NCBI RefSeq assembly: GCF_001194135.2 | Contig: NC_068981.1 | Span: forward strand, 158,289,423 to 158,353,422 | Source of the DNA: Octopus bimaculoides | Lineage: Eukaryota | Length of the DNA: 64,000 nt | Direction of reading: 5' to 3' | Part shown: one piece after another, positions 26,412-38,593 of the stretch | Position numbering within the stretch: the stretch's first letter is position 1 | Layout: each line of letters opens with the position of its first letter | Notes under the pieces: generated by a model | What the model was told of the DNA's origin: nothing | Seen by the model: only the letters and a program-made list of their open reading frames with translations | Database searches by the model: none | Translations under genes and position numbers: made by a program

Positions 26412-27326
26412 AGGTGGAAAGCTGGTAGAATCATTAGTGTGTTGGATGAAAAGCTTAGTGGTATTCCTTCTGGTTTTACATTCTGAGTTCAAATGCTACT
26501 TGGGTCAACTTTATCTTCCATCCTTCTGAGGTCAATAAAATAAATACCAGTTGAGTACTGGGGTTGATGTATTCAACCTACTCCCTCCCCTAAAACCTGC
26601 TGGCCTTGTGCTAAAATTTGAAAGCATAATTATTATCATTATTAAGGTGGCAAGTTGGCAGAAATCATTAGCATGCTGGGCAAAATGCTTAGTGACATTT
26701 CATTCATCATTACATTCCAAGTTCAAATTCTGCTGATGCCAAATTTGCCTTTCATGCTTTTGGAGTTAATATAATAAGTAGCAGTTGAGCACTGGGGTTG
26801 ATACAATCAACTGACCACCTCCCATGAAAGTCTGGCCTTATGCCAAAACTTGAAACCATTATTAAGATAGTGAGCTGGCAAAATTATTAGCACATTGGAT
26901 GCAATGCTGAGTGGCATTTCTTCTTGCTTTTTACACTCTGAGTTCAAATTCCACCAAGGTCAACTTTGCCTTTCATTCTTTCAGGGTCAATAAAATAAGC
27001 ACCAATTAAGTACTAAAGTCAATGAAAGCAATTAGCTTACATCTCCCTAAATTTCAGGCCTTGTGCCAAAAATTGAAACATTTATTATTATTATTATTAA
27101 TATTATTATTATTATTATTAAGGTGGTGAGCTGACAGAATAGCCTGGAGGCAATGCTTAGCGGCATTTCTTCTCACTCAACATTCTGAGTTCAAATTCTG
27201 CCAAGGTCAACTTTGTCTTTCATCATTTTGGGGTTGATAAATTAAGTACCAGTCACATACTACGGTCGATCTAATCAACTGGTCCCCTCCTCCAAAATTT
27301 CAAACCTTGTGTCTAGAGTAGAAAAG

Positions 27327-27359
<33 letters not shown>

Positions 27360-28578
27360 GTGGTGAGCTGGCAGAATTGTTAGCATGCTGGATGGAATGC
27401 TTAGCGGTATTTCACCTGTCGCTAAGTTCTGAGGTTGACTTGGCCTTTCATCCTTTCAGGGTCAGTAAATTAAGTACCAGTGAAATACTAGGGTCAATGT
27501 AATCGATTAGTACCCTCCCTCAAAATTTCAGGCTTTGTGCCTATAATAGAAAAGATTCTTATTATTATCATTAAGGTGGCGAGCTGGCAGAATTGTTAGT
27601 ACACTGGTGAAATGCTTGGCAGTATATTGTCTGTTGTTACATTCTGAGTTCAAATTCTGCTAAGGTTGACTTTGCCTTTCATCCTTTTAGGGTTGATAAT
27701 TTAAGTACTAGCTGAGTACTACGGTTGAGGTAATCAACTTAACCCCTCCCCGAAAATTTCAGGTCTTGTGCTTATAGTAGAAAGGATTATTATTATTATT
27801 ATTATTATTAATATTAAGGTGGTAAGCAGACAGAATTGTTATCATGCTGGACAAAATGCTTAGTGGCATTTCTTCCAGTTTTATGTTCTGAGTTCAAATG
27901 TCACTAATATTGACTTGGTCTTTCATCTTTTTGGGGGTCAATAAAATAAGTTGGGCACTGGAGTCAACATTATTGTCTAGTCCCCTTCCTCTAAAATTTC
28001 AGGCTTTGTAGCTGTAGAATTATTATTATTATTATTATTAATAATTCCACCGAGGTCGACTTTGCCTTTCATCCTTTCAGGATCGATAAATTTAGTACCA
28101 GTGAGACACTGGGATTGATGTAATTGACTAGTCCCCTCCCCACAGTTCGAGGCCTTGTGCCTCCAGTAGAAAGGATTATTATTATTATTATTAATGGTAA
28201 GTTATAAGACAGTGAGCTGGCAGAATTGTTAGAATGTTGGGTAAAATGTTTAGTGACAGTTTGCCCACCTTTATGTTCTGAGTTCAAATTTCACCAAGGC
28301 CAACTTTGCCTTTCATCCTTTCAAGTTGATAAAATAAGTATCAATTGAGCACTAAGAGTAATTTAACTGACTTAGAGTTCTCCTGAAATTGCTGACCTTG
28401 TGCCAAAATTTGAAACCATTATTAATGGCAAGGTGGTGAGTTAGTAGAATCATTAGAATATTAGAAAATAAAAAAATGCCTTGCTATACTTCTTCTGACT
28501 CTTTACAAAGAGAGTTCAAATCTTGCCAAAGTTAACTTTACCTTTCATCCTTCTAGGGTCAATAAAATAAAGTACCAG
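26412..28578 (+). mobile_element. Array of about 10 head-to-tail copies of tRNA-derived SINE family B separated by (TTA)n
   Basis: Copies start near 26412, 26644, 26864, 27120, 27357, 27573, 27816, 28043 (5'-truncated), 28206 and 28430. They share GGTGGYGAGCTGGCAGAA...TTCTGAGTTCAAATTC...CTTTGCCTTTCATCCTTT...AAGTACCAG. The core resembles the MetaSINE domain as I recall it. Confidence 0.92.
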
Positions 28579-29649
28579 ACCTTGCATATTTCTTTTGTAG
28601 AAACCACACAGCTGTAAGCAAGCATTTAGGCCAGGTCTATAGAGTGTGGATAACTTCCTCTTTCCCCCAGTTTTGAAGGTTCTGATAAAGGTCATGAAAA
28701 CTGCCTGTCTTCCTGACTTAGTCATGTAAAAAGATAGTCATCAAATGTCTGATTTTTAAACATCTAAATGTCAGATGAATTGTTGATAATAAGACGATAA
28801 ATTTTCCAAATTATTAACCTCATTTTTACAGTGGATATTTAAAATATCTACTTTTACAAAATGTTTCAGTTTCCAGTTGACATCAAGTATCTAATTCCAA
28901 GTTATGTACATTGTCCCAGACTGAATTTGAACTTGGAATCTACATTTCTAAACAAAAGTTGATAATGTTGTTATAAGCTACAAGACTAATTGTTCTTGTG
29001 ACAAGGAAAGAAAATATTTTTATTAAATGATAACAAGGCTATTACATTGCAACATAAAACAAAGTATTTATTTTTGCAAAGGTCTGCTATGAAAGTGGCG
29101 CTGAATAACTTCTGTCACCACATCACACTCCCTAATTTCATATGGCACACAGCTCTCATTGCAAATGTCAACCCTATCACCTATTAACAGTTCCAAACTT
29201 TGCTGATATTTATGATTTCAGAGTTAGTGAATTTATAAACAGCTCATCTCCTGTTCACTCCCTACCCCCCATCTCTCCTTAGACATGCTCTTCTCTTCCA
29301 GAGGACAAGACTTAATCACATCTGTTATTTATCACAAGACTTTCCCTACCCTCATAAATATATGTCATAGATAAATGCTGCAAAGTATTTTAGATGGCAC
29401 AGTGGTTGTTTTATTAGCAACTGTTCATATGAAGCACACACACGTGCATGCAAATACACACCCACATATATTCAAACATATGTACGCACACGCATACACA
29501 CACATCTGCTTAAGTGTATGGACAGAATATATATGAAGACAATTACACACATGCTTTCTCTCATTTGGGTACACAACTAACACTAGTGATTATACATGTA
29601 TGTGCAAAATTAGAGATGTATGTGTGTTTGTGAAAGTATGTGTATTTTT

Positions 29650-29985
29650 CTTTTACTTTTTATTTATCAGCTGACTGTGGCTATGCCTTAGTCAAACAAA
29701 TTAACCCCAGTACTAATAGTCTCTTTTGTTGAATCACTAAGTTACAGGGATGTAAACCAATACTGGTGGTCAAGTGATGGTGAGGGACAAACTCATATAT
29801 AAAAACAAACATACATATATTCATATATATGGCTGGCATCTTTTGGTTTCCATCTACCAAATCAACTCACAAGGCTTTGATTAGCCCAGGGCTATTGTAG
29901 AAGACATTTGCGCAAGGTACCATACAGTGGGACTGAACCTGGAACAATGTGGTTGGGAAGCAAGCTTCTTACCGCACAGCCATGC
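29650..29985 (-). mobile_element. SINE family A
   Basis: Head, core and partial tail are recognisable. Confidence 0.8.
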
Positions 29986-30204
29986 TATTTATGTTCATGC
30001 ATGAACATGCCTTCTTATTAAACCATATTCACAAATGCACATACAAATCACTAATTTCATACATGTTCTGTCCAAAGTTTTCCCTTTTCTAGATCTTTTC
30101 CCCATACTGAAGAATTGTTTTTCTGCTCTTTCAGATTTCTTCTCAAACCATGATCTAGATATCATTTCCCAAATGATAAATGAAACAGCTGAGTTTTGAT
30201 GTTT

Positions 30205-30410
30205 GTTTATCCCCAGATCAGCCCTGACAGCACATCTATGGTTAAGCAGGTTTCTACTGTTGTCTTCTCATTCCTCCCAACCCAGACATTATATAGGACT
30301 AAGCGCTATTCAATGTGTTCTATCTATTTAAAAAAAAATTGTAGGATGTAATTTGGCTGCTATTTCTGATGAGTTAAACAACTACGTAGAGGTCCTTCAT
30401 TGGCTTTTTG
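30205..30410 (+). repeat. Unclassified interspersed repeat
   Basis: Motifs ccccagRtcagcccTg...cYtatgatcaaag and atttggctgctatttct recur at 50650-51260, 54630-54960, 45760-45960(-) and 55480-55700(-). Confidence 0.7.
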
Positions 30411-30681
30411 TAGTTGTAACTATTATTGCTTAGACCGAGATCACTTCTTTATCCATGATAGGAGGCATGGTTGTCTGGTTAAGAATTTTACTTTCCAACT
30501 ATGGGTTTTGAGTTCAGTATAACACCTTGGATGTCTCTTCTACAACAGCCCTGGGTCAAACAAAGTCTTGTGAGTGGTTTTGGTAGACTAAAACTAAAAG
30601 AAGCCTATTGTCTACATATACATGTGAAACTATAATGGAAATCTTTTTTAGCAAATATATATATATATATCATCATACATA

Positions 30682-32058
30682 CATCATCGATTAACATCTG
30701 CTTTCCATGCTGGCATGGGTTGGACGATTTGACTGAAGACTGGCAAACCAGATGGCTGCACCAGGCTCCAATCTGATCTACAGCTGAATGCCCTTCCTAA
30801 CGCCAACCACTCCAAGAGTGTAGTGGGTGCTTTTACGTGCCACCGGCACGAGGGCCAGTCAGGCAGTACTGGCAATGGCCACACTCAAATGGTGATTTTT
30901 ATGTGCCATCTGCACAGGAGCCAGTCCAGGGGCACTGGCAACGACCTTGCTCAAATGTTTTTTCACGTGCCAGTAAGGTGACACTGGTAACGATCACGCT
31001 CAAATGGTGCTTTTTATGTGCCACCTGCACAGAAGCCAGACAGCTGCTCTGTCAATGATCATGCTCGGACAGTGCTATTAGCGCTCCAGTGGCACAGGTG
31101 CCAGTCACCGAATTTGGTTCAATTTTGATTTCGATTTCACTTGCCCCAACAAGTTTTCACAAGCAGAGTTTAGTGTCCACTGAAGGAAAGGTTGGCATGG
31201 GTGCCAGTCATCAAATTTGGTTCAATTTCGATTTCACGTGCCTCGACAGGTCTTCGCAAACAGAGTTTAGTGTCCAATGAAGGAAAGGTATGCATAAGTG
31301 GGCTGGCTACACTCCTGGCAAAGGCTATGGGTTATGGTCTCACTTGGCTTGCCGGGTCTTCTTATGTACAGCATATTTCCAAAGGTCTCAGTCACAAGTC
31401 ATTGCCTCGGTGAGTCCTAATGTTTGAAGGTCATGCTTCACCACCTCATCCCAGGTCTTCCTGGGTTTACCTCTTCCACAGGTTCCCTCAACTGCTAGGG
31501 TGTGGCACTTTTTCACACAGCTATCCTCATCCATTCTTGCCACATGACCATACCAGCGCAATCGTCTCTCTTGTACATCACAACTGATGCTTCTTAGGTC
31601 TAACTTTTCTCTCAAGGTACTTACACTCTGTCGAGTATGCACATTGACATTTTAAATCCATCAGAGCATACTGGCTTCATTTCTTGCGAGCTTATGCATG
31701 TCCTCAGCAGTCACGGCCCATGTTTCACTGCCATGTAGCATGGCTGTTCGTACACATGCGTCATACAGTCTGCCTTTTACTCTGAGCGAGAGGCCCTTTG
31801 TCACCAGTAGAAGTAAGAGCTCTCTGAACTTTGCCCAGGCTATTCTTATTCTAGCAGTTACACTTTCAGTGCACCCTTCCCCACTACTGACTTGGTCACC
31901 TAGTTAATGGAAGCTATCGACTGCTTCTAGTTTTTCTCCCTGGAATGTGGTAGAAGTTCTTCTCTGCACATTTTCAGTTTTTATTGCTCCTGGGCATCTG
32001 CCACATACAAAAACTATCTTCCTAGTTAACCTTCCTTTGATATTGCTGCACTTCTGGT
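30682..32058 (-). mobile_element. RTE LINE family 1, 5'-truncated copy
   Basis: C-terminal RTE peptide (RRLRWYGHVARMDEDSCVKKC...GRGKPRKTW), the end of the Cys-rich finger, and a 3' UTR with tandem repeats. Confidence 0.92.
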
Positions 32059-33072
32059 TTTTGGAAATATGGGGAAAAGTAAACAGTAATGGTACATCAA
32101 GATGTAACGGAAATCTCAGGCAAAAACCTGGTTCAAATACTTGCAATGGAGCAAACTCTGATAAAGACACCCATGGGCCAGGTGGTAGAGTTGCATATGG
32201 AATGATGAATATGGAATGACTACTCAGAAAGAAAGAAAGAAAAAAAAAGGTTTGTAATATGAAAGACTGTTGCAACAATATGCAAATGTTAAAATTTGAA
32301 AAAAAAAAAAACACCCATTTCACCTAAGCACTGTCGAAAAAAGAAAGAATCAGTTAAAAAAATTAGGAAAAAGTATTTTCTCATTCAGTCCACACATTTG
32401 CAAAATATCATAGACTGGCCTTATCTGTTTAATAACATGGTTCCCATCACATATTTACAGGCAGAATTAACAACAACAACAATAATAATAACCCAACCAA
32501 ACCCACGCAGGCTGCATGGAACTGGAGCAATCATTTTGATTAATGGTTGTTAATTGGATGTAGCAGAATCAGATACTTCCTGCAGTGACCTTTATATTTC
32601 AACATAATAAAAACACAATAAAGATTTCAGCATATTAAGGAAAATATTTCTGGTTGTGTAATTTGAATTTATTTTAAAAAAAGAAAGAAAATTTTTTTAA
32701 AATATAACAAGAAGGAAAAAAGAATCTTTAATTTACAAGTAAAAAAAATAAATATGGCAGATGATCAAAATGTTCTCTTTTCTTTTTTTCCATAAATGTA
32801 TAGCTGTATATATCATAGCATTTTGGACATTTTGTTATTGGCTGGGTCAGGAGGAAAGGGGAGAAGTAAAGAAATGGTGTGTGCGCATGTGTGTGTGTGG
32901 GAGAGAGAGAGAGAGAAAGAGAAATCGGATGAGCATGAATAGTGAATAAGTGAGAGGGAGGAAAGGAAGGAGAAAGTAAAAGCGAACAAGAGGAGAAAGA
33001 GAGAGTAAAAACGAAATAGTAAAAGAATATGAATATAGGCAAAAAGGTAGAAAATGTGGAGAGAAAGAGAAA

Positions 33073-33222
33073 GGGGGGGAGACAGAGAGAATGAGAGAGA
33101 GAGAAAGAGGGGGGAGACAGAGAGAAGGAGAGAGAGAGAAAAAAAAAGGGGGGGGAGACAGAGAGAAGGAGAGAGAGAGAAAAAAAAAGGGGGGGGGAGA
33201 CAGAGAGAAGGAGAGAGAGAGA
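33073..33222. repeat. Polypurine minisatellite, about four units of 36-41 bp
   Basis: G(n)AGACAGAGAGAAGGAGAGAGAGAGA(n) units. Confidence 0.9.
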
Positions 33223-33627
33223 GTGTAAAAGAAATTACTGAGATAAAAAATAGAAAGTTTAGTGGTGAAGTAAAAATCCAGAAAGGGAACTAGGCAGAAC
33301 GTGAGAGGGGTGGGGGTGAATATAAAGAATTTAAAAAAAAAGGAAAGAGAAAGAATAAGACAGTGAGTATGTGTTACAAAAAGACAATTTCGCTCTTAAA
33401 GATTTGTTATATAAGATGTCTAATGACTGTCTTTCATATCTTGCTAACATCAGTGCCTGCAAATCAACTACTTTCCAGGTGCCTACTCTTCATGACACCA
33501 AAACACCACTGCAAACGGTCGGCTACTTGTCTGCTCCCATTCATCATGACACCAAAACACCACTGCCAGCTGTCAGTTACTTGTTTCTTGCTTACACTCC
33601 AAGGCACCAGAACACCACTGTCAGCTG

Positions 33628-33804
33628 TCAGCTGCTGCTTATTTCCTCAATGATTGGTTTTTCTGGTTTTGATTTGCTGCCAGCTTTATTACGTCGGATA
33701 TTACTTTCGTTCACTTCCCCATAGCATTGATCATCTTCACTGCCATCATCCACCTCATCAGAGTCACATGACGATGAGCCTTCATACTCAAACATTCCTA
33801 AACT
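33628..33804 (-). CDS. NOPCHAP1: NOPCHAP1 homolog, last coding exon
   Basis: Acceptor ttttttattgtAG, then 59 codons in phase 0: SLGMFEYEGSSSCDSDEVDDGSEDDQCYGEVNESNIRR...PEKPIIEEISSS*. Splices in frame to VIEM. The acidic Ser-rich tail and the EV-x-x-x-NI and K-x-x-IEE motifs fit the family. The ORF track misses this exon. Confidence 0.82.
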   Translation of the reverse strand, partial: SLGMFEYEGSSSCDSDEVDDGSEDDQCYGEVNESNIRRNKAGSKSKPEKPIIEEISSS

Positions 33805-35048
33805 CTACAATAAAAAAAAAAGAAAAGAATAACAAGGACGTCATTGATGATATTAATGCTGATGATGGTGATGACAATAATGTTGATAATGATGATGATG
33901 ATGATGATAATGATTTCTTTTGACTTGACACAAAATGTGTGTGTATGTGTATGTGTGTGTGTGTGCATGTAGATAGATGGATAGATAGACAGACAGACAG
34001 ACAGACAAATAGACAGACAGACAGACAGGCTCTTTTGATACCTAAGACCACCCTTGGTTCCTTGATACAAACTTCTATCCAAATTTCATGCTGATGGTCC
34101 AAACACCAGCTTAATAATGGTTTCAAATTTTGGCACAAGACTAGCATTTTTGGAGAAGGGGTTAAATCACATCAAACCCCAATGCTCAACTGGTACTTAT
34201 TTTATCGACCCCACTAAAAGGATGAAAGATAAAGTTAACTTCAGAAGAATTTGAACTTAGAATGTGAAGTCAGACAAAATGCCACAAACCATTTTGCCTG
34301 GGATGCTAACAATTCTATCACCTCACTGTCTTAGTTTAATAATGGCAAAGTTTAATAATGGTAAAGTTATTCCACTAAATTCTTTGTTAGCTTTTAACTC
34401 TTTCATCACCATTTTTCTGTTAAAATACACTGCCTTTTTTTCAATTAATTTTGAAAATAATGAAAAATTATTAAAATAACTCTGACATGATTCAGCTGGG
34501 GTTTGGAACATAAATTAACAGGAAATTTCAAATCAACATTGGAATATTATTGATTGAAATGAAATAAACTTTAAAATGTACTTTATTGACCTAGAGTAAA
34601 CAACTTGACCATAGTAGGATTTGAACTCAGAACAGTAAGTTGTAAGATAGCATAAAACATCAAAGATGAATCTCTCTCCCATTTATATTATCATCAAATA
34701 ATCTTATAGTACACATCAACTTTACAGATCCAGTCACTAACTATACAGTGGGTGCTCTGTAATACACTTAACAGGAGATAAATATATTACACATATCTTA
34801 TGAAAAGATTACAAAAACAGTTTGGCAGCCTTCACTCAGAATCAACAATAATACATACTTATATATCTAGATCAGAAGTGCAGGCATATCTGTGTGGCTA
34901 TGAAGTTTGTTTTGCAATCATGTGGTTTTTGGTCCAGTCCTTTTATGTGACGTTTTGGCAAGTGTCATTTATTATAGCCCTAGGGGTGAATGATGCTTTG
35001 TGAGTGAATTTGGAAGACAGAAGTTGAATAAATGAGAGAGAGAGAGAG

Positions 35049-35084
<36 letters not shown>

Positions 35085-35582
35085 CGCTCGCGCGCGTGTT
35101 TGTGTGTTCACACTGCACTTTTTAGAAAAATTGCTGAGCAACAGACGGTGATATTGTTGAAATCTTTCTGCCCACAAATCATTTGTTAGTTCTGCACATC
35201 TGAAGAGGAGTGGAATGAATAGTTTCTTGCTTGAAAAACAGGTAAAGGTTATTGACAGGAATGGTATATGACAATAAAATCAACGCCTCAATAATACACA
35301 TTCATCTAACCCATACCAAAATGGGGGGGGGGACCCAACAAAAACTGACATAAAACATATAGATGAATATCATATCTCAGGTTATAGGACAAAAAAAAAA
35401 AAAAAATGCAAAGCTGTGATATTCTGTCTTTTCCAAATCTGCTAAATGGAGTGGTTCTTATGATTTCATTAATATATGATTGTCACTTAAACTCTTACTT
35501 CTATTATCACCATCATAACAATAAGACAAGCATGAAATCTTGCAGATGGAGATGAATGAGCTGATTATTGTGGTTTGATGGA

Positions 35583-35815
35583 AGGCGGCGAGCTGGCAGA
35601 AACGTTACCCCACCGGGTGAAATGCTTGGTGGTATTTCGTCTGCTGTTACATTCTGAGTTCAAATTCCACCGAGGTCGACTTTGCCTTTCATCTTTTCAG
35701 GGTCGATAAATAAAGTACCAGTTACGTACTGGGGTTGATGTAATCGACTTAATCCCTTTGTCTGTCCTTGTTTGTCCCCTCTATGTGTAGCCCCTTGTGG
35801 GCAATAAAGAAATAT
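35583..35815 (+). mobile_element. SINE family B, young full-length copy with a distinct tail
   Basis: GGCGGCGAGCTGGCAGAAACG head with CpGs retained; tail ...tagccccttgtgggcaataaagaaata. Confidence 0.9.
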
Positions 35816-36314
35816 ATTGTGGTTTGGTGGTGCAGTGCTGGTTCACAAGAGAGACTAAATGAGCTGAAGAAGCAGCTTAGCATTAAGAAGTTCATGTGTG
35901 CAGGAGAGATGCTGACACTAGTGTTAATATGTAATGCAAATGGATGATGCATGCTAAGAGAAGAAATGTAAAAAAAAAAAATCAAGAAGAACCTTAGAAA
36001 AAAAAAGTAAAGATAGTTCTGTGAAAACAGCACCACACAAAAGAGAGAGAAATGCACTATGTTGCAAAGTTATTTAACACATAACAGCATGATTAAATCA
36101 GTTGTTAAAACAATGATGATGATGATGATGACGACGAAGACAACTGTTTTTAACATTCACTAGCATAATTTTTGTGTCTGTTTCTTTTTTCCATGCTGGC
36201 ACTAGGAAGGGCATCCAGCCATAGAAAACCTGCCAAAGCTGACACTGGAACTTGGTGCAACCCTGCAGCTCACCTGATCCTGTCAAACCATCCAACCCAT
36301 GCCACTAAATGATA

Positions 36315-36355
<41 letters not shown>

Positions 36356-36719
36356 AATGCTTAGATTAGACAAGACATTGAAAATATTAATTCCTACATC
36401 AGAAGAAGGCCACAATTTTATTGAAGAAATGATTGGAAGGGGTGTATAATGTACATGCTTTCTGTGATGATGATGATGATGATGATTAACTATAGGTGAA
36501 GTTAATTGACTTCAATCAATTTCCTTAAGCCTACTTCTTGCTGGACAGTCATCACTGTTAATATAATCAGCTATATCATTGTTATAATCAGTAGGTTATT
36601 ATTAATTTCTCCTTACACTGGCATCAGTTGGGGAGATCCCCTGCAAGACCTTGTATATATATAGAGAGAGAGATGAGTTCATTGATTCTTGTTGTTTTGC
36701 ACAGATATCCAAAACTGAT

Positions 36720-36980
36720 GGTAAATGGCTGATTTTCCTTCAGCTTTCATTCATTTCAACCAAATTCCATACCAGCAAAGTTGTCTCTTCCGCAAGACAT
36801 CAGTTACAATTTAGCCTTTAAATCTCCGTCACTTTTAGTTCACTTCACATAAATTATCATTATATACCCAACAGACCTTTATCACTTCATGTATCTCCAG
36901 TCATTGTACATCGTTCACATTTACTGTTCATGTCTCACAACAGCTCCATAATAATCTATTCTCATACAATGAGAGAAACT
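36720..36980 (-). mobile_element. Decayed RTE C-terminal fragment in the NOPCHAP1 intron
   Basis: Minus-strand remnant DVLRKRQLCWYG. Confidence 0.55.
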
Positions 36981-38468
36981 GTTTGTTGTCAATAGAGGTA
37001 ACAGCTTTACATCATACTAAATAAACATTTAACTATATTTAGTTTCATTATTCTTATGTCACCATCATTATTGTTTTAACATCCACTTTTCCATGCTTGT
37101 ATGGATCAGATGAAATTTACTGAAGCAGATTTTTCTACAGCTAGATGCCTTCAGTTGCTTCCAAGTAAGGTAATATTTCTCTATTATCAGACTTGTTTCC
37201 ACAGAAGACTGGAAACAAAAGACACCACTTGCATGACAGTGACACTTGCTTACAACTATCACATGATGTCAAGAGGAGACAGTAACATACACACAGAAAT
37301 ATAATGTGTGTATGTATGTGTATATATAAACAGGTTTCTTTCAGTTCCCATCTACCAGACCACTCACAAGGCTTTGGTCAGCCCAGGGCTGTAATAGAAG
37401 ACACTTGTTCAAAGTGCTACACAGTGAGACTGAATCTGAAACCAATATGGTTGGGAAGCAAACACTGTAGCACACAGCCATGCCTAAGTTTAAAATTCTG
37501 CCAGATAAAACTTTGTATCCCCATTTCTGCAGAACTAATGAAATAGGCAGCTGTATTATTTTAATTCTATGGTTGATTCACTCTATGACCTGCTTCCTAC
37601 AGAAATTGGTCTTTAAACCTTTATATAATTCTGTGAATTGTTCGAAGGAGGAACTGTTCTGTAAACTTACCCAACTCGTGATGAAAAGAAGTAAGAGGAA
37701 GAAAAAGGGCGATTAACACTTGAAAGTCAAACAATCATTCAAAAGCAAGTGTTCAACAATTCTCCACCAACATATGTAAAAATGGGTGTATAAATAAAAT
37801 AAAACAAAAAAAAAAAACACTTTAAGCCTCAAAACGTTTAAAATTGAAGATAAAAGCAATTTGTAATAACAAGTGTAATTATAAGTTGTTATTGTCTGAG
37901 GTAAATTTTTCAAACAGGTTTTGGTGGTTCAAAGTAAAATTTACATCTCATTTTAGGTAGTTTAGTAGAGCTGTCATTAACCCATACACCGATTTTATTT
38001 AGGGTGGGAACCAGACAAAATGATAGTTTAACATGTAACTGTACCTACTGATAAAATGCATATATGTAAGTAAAACAATACACCAGTCAAAAAATGCACT
38101 CATGTACATCAAACAGAGGTAATTATGGATAACTATACACACATATACACACACACACTCCTACAAGTGGTCGCTTAGGAAATGTTAGTCCGTTTAGATT
38201 GATCTCCCTTGCATTCTCTTCGGCCTTTTCTGGCTTTGTGCTCTATGTAAGAAATCATTTCTATTCAGTTATATTCTTTTACATTCTGAGTTTAAATCCA
38301 CCCAAGATCGACTTTACCTTTTCTCCTACCAGTGTCAGTAAGGACCAACCAAGTGCTGGTGTTGTTTAATATTTAATACACAATATTCTCTAACCCAAAA
38401 TGTGTGGCCTTGTACCTAACCATATTAGAAATACTATTATAAAATATCATCATCATTATCATAGTTAC

Positions 38469-38593
38469 CATTTCAATAACTTTATCATCATTTTCAGAAA
38501 TATTTTCCATATTCAAGTTGGGAAGGTTCTCTTGGGACAATCTGGCGTTAGCTTTTGCAATTTCAGGAATAAATTTCTGTACAGATTCTAAAA
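38469..38593 (-). CDS. NOPCHAP1: NOP protein chaperone 1 (C12orf45/DUF4598) homolog, internal coding exon
   Basis: 125-bp exon with acceptor ttctaattgcAG and donor ATG|GTaact. Encodes (x)LESVQKFIPEIAKANARLSQENLPNLNMENISENDDKVIEM, which matches the DUF4598 core as I recall the human protein (LLDQVQTFLPQMARANEKL...FNIENID...KVIQM). Phase 1 start, phase 0 end. Confidence 0.85.

Noticed and set aside
26412-28578. CRISPR-like or tRNA gene array
   Set aside because: The context is eukaryotic, the units are about 220-bp SINEs with tRNA-derived heads lacking a full cloverleaf, and there are no unique spacers.
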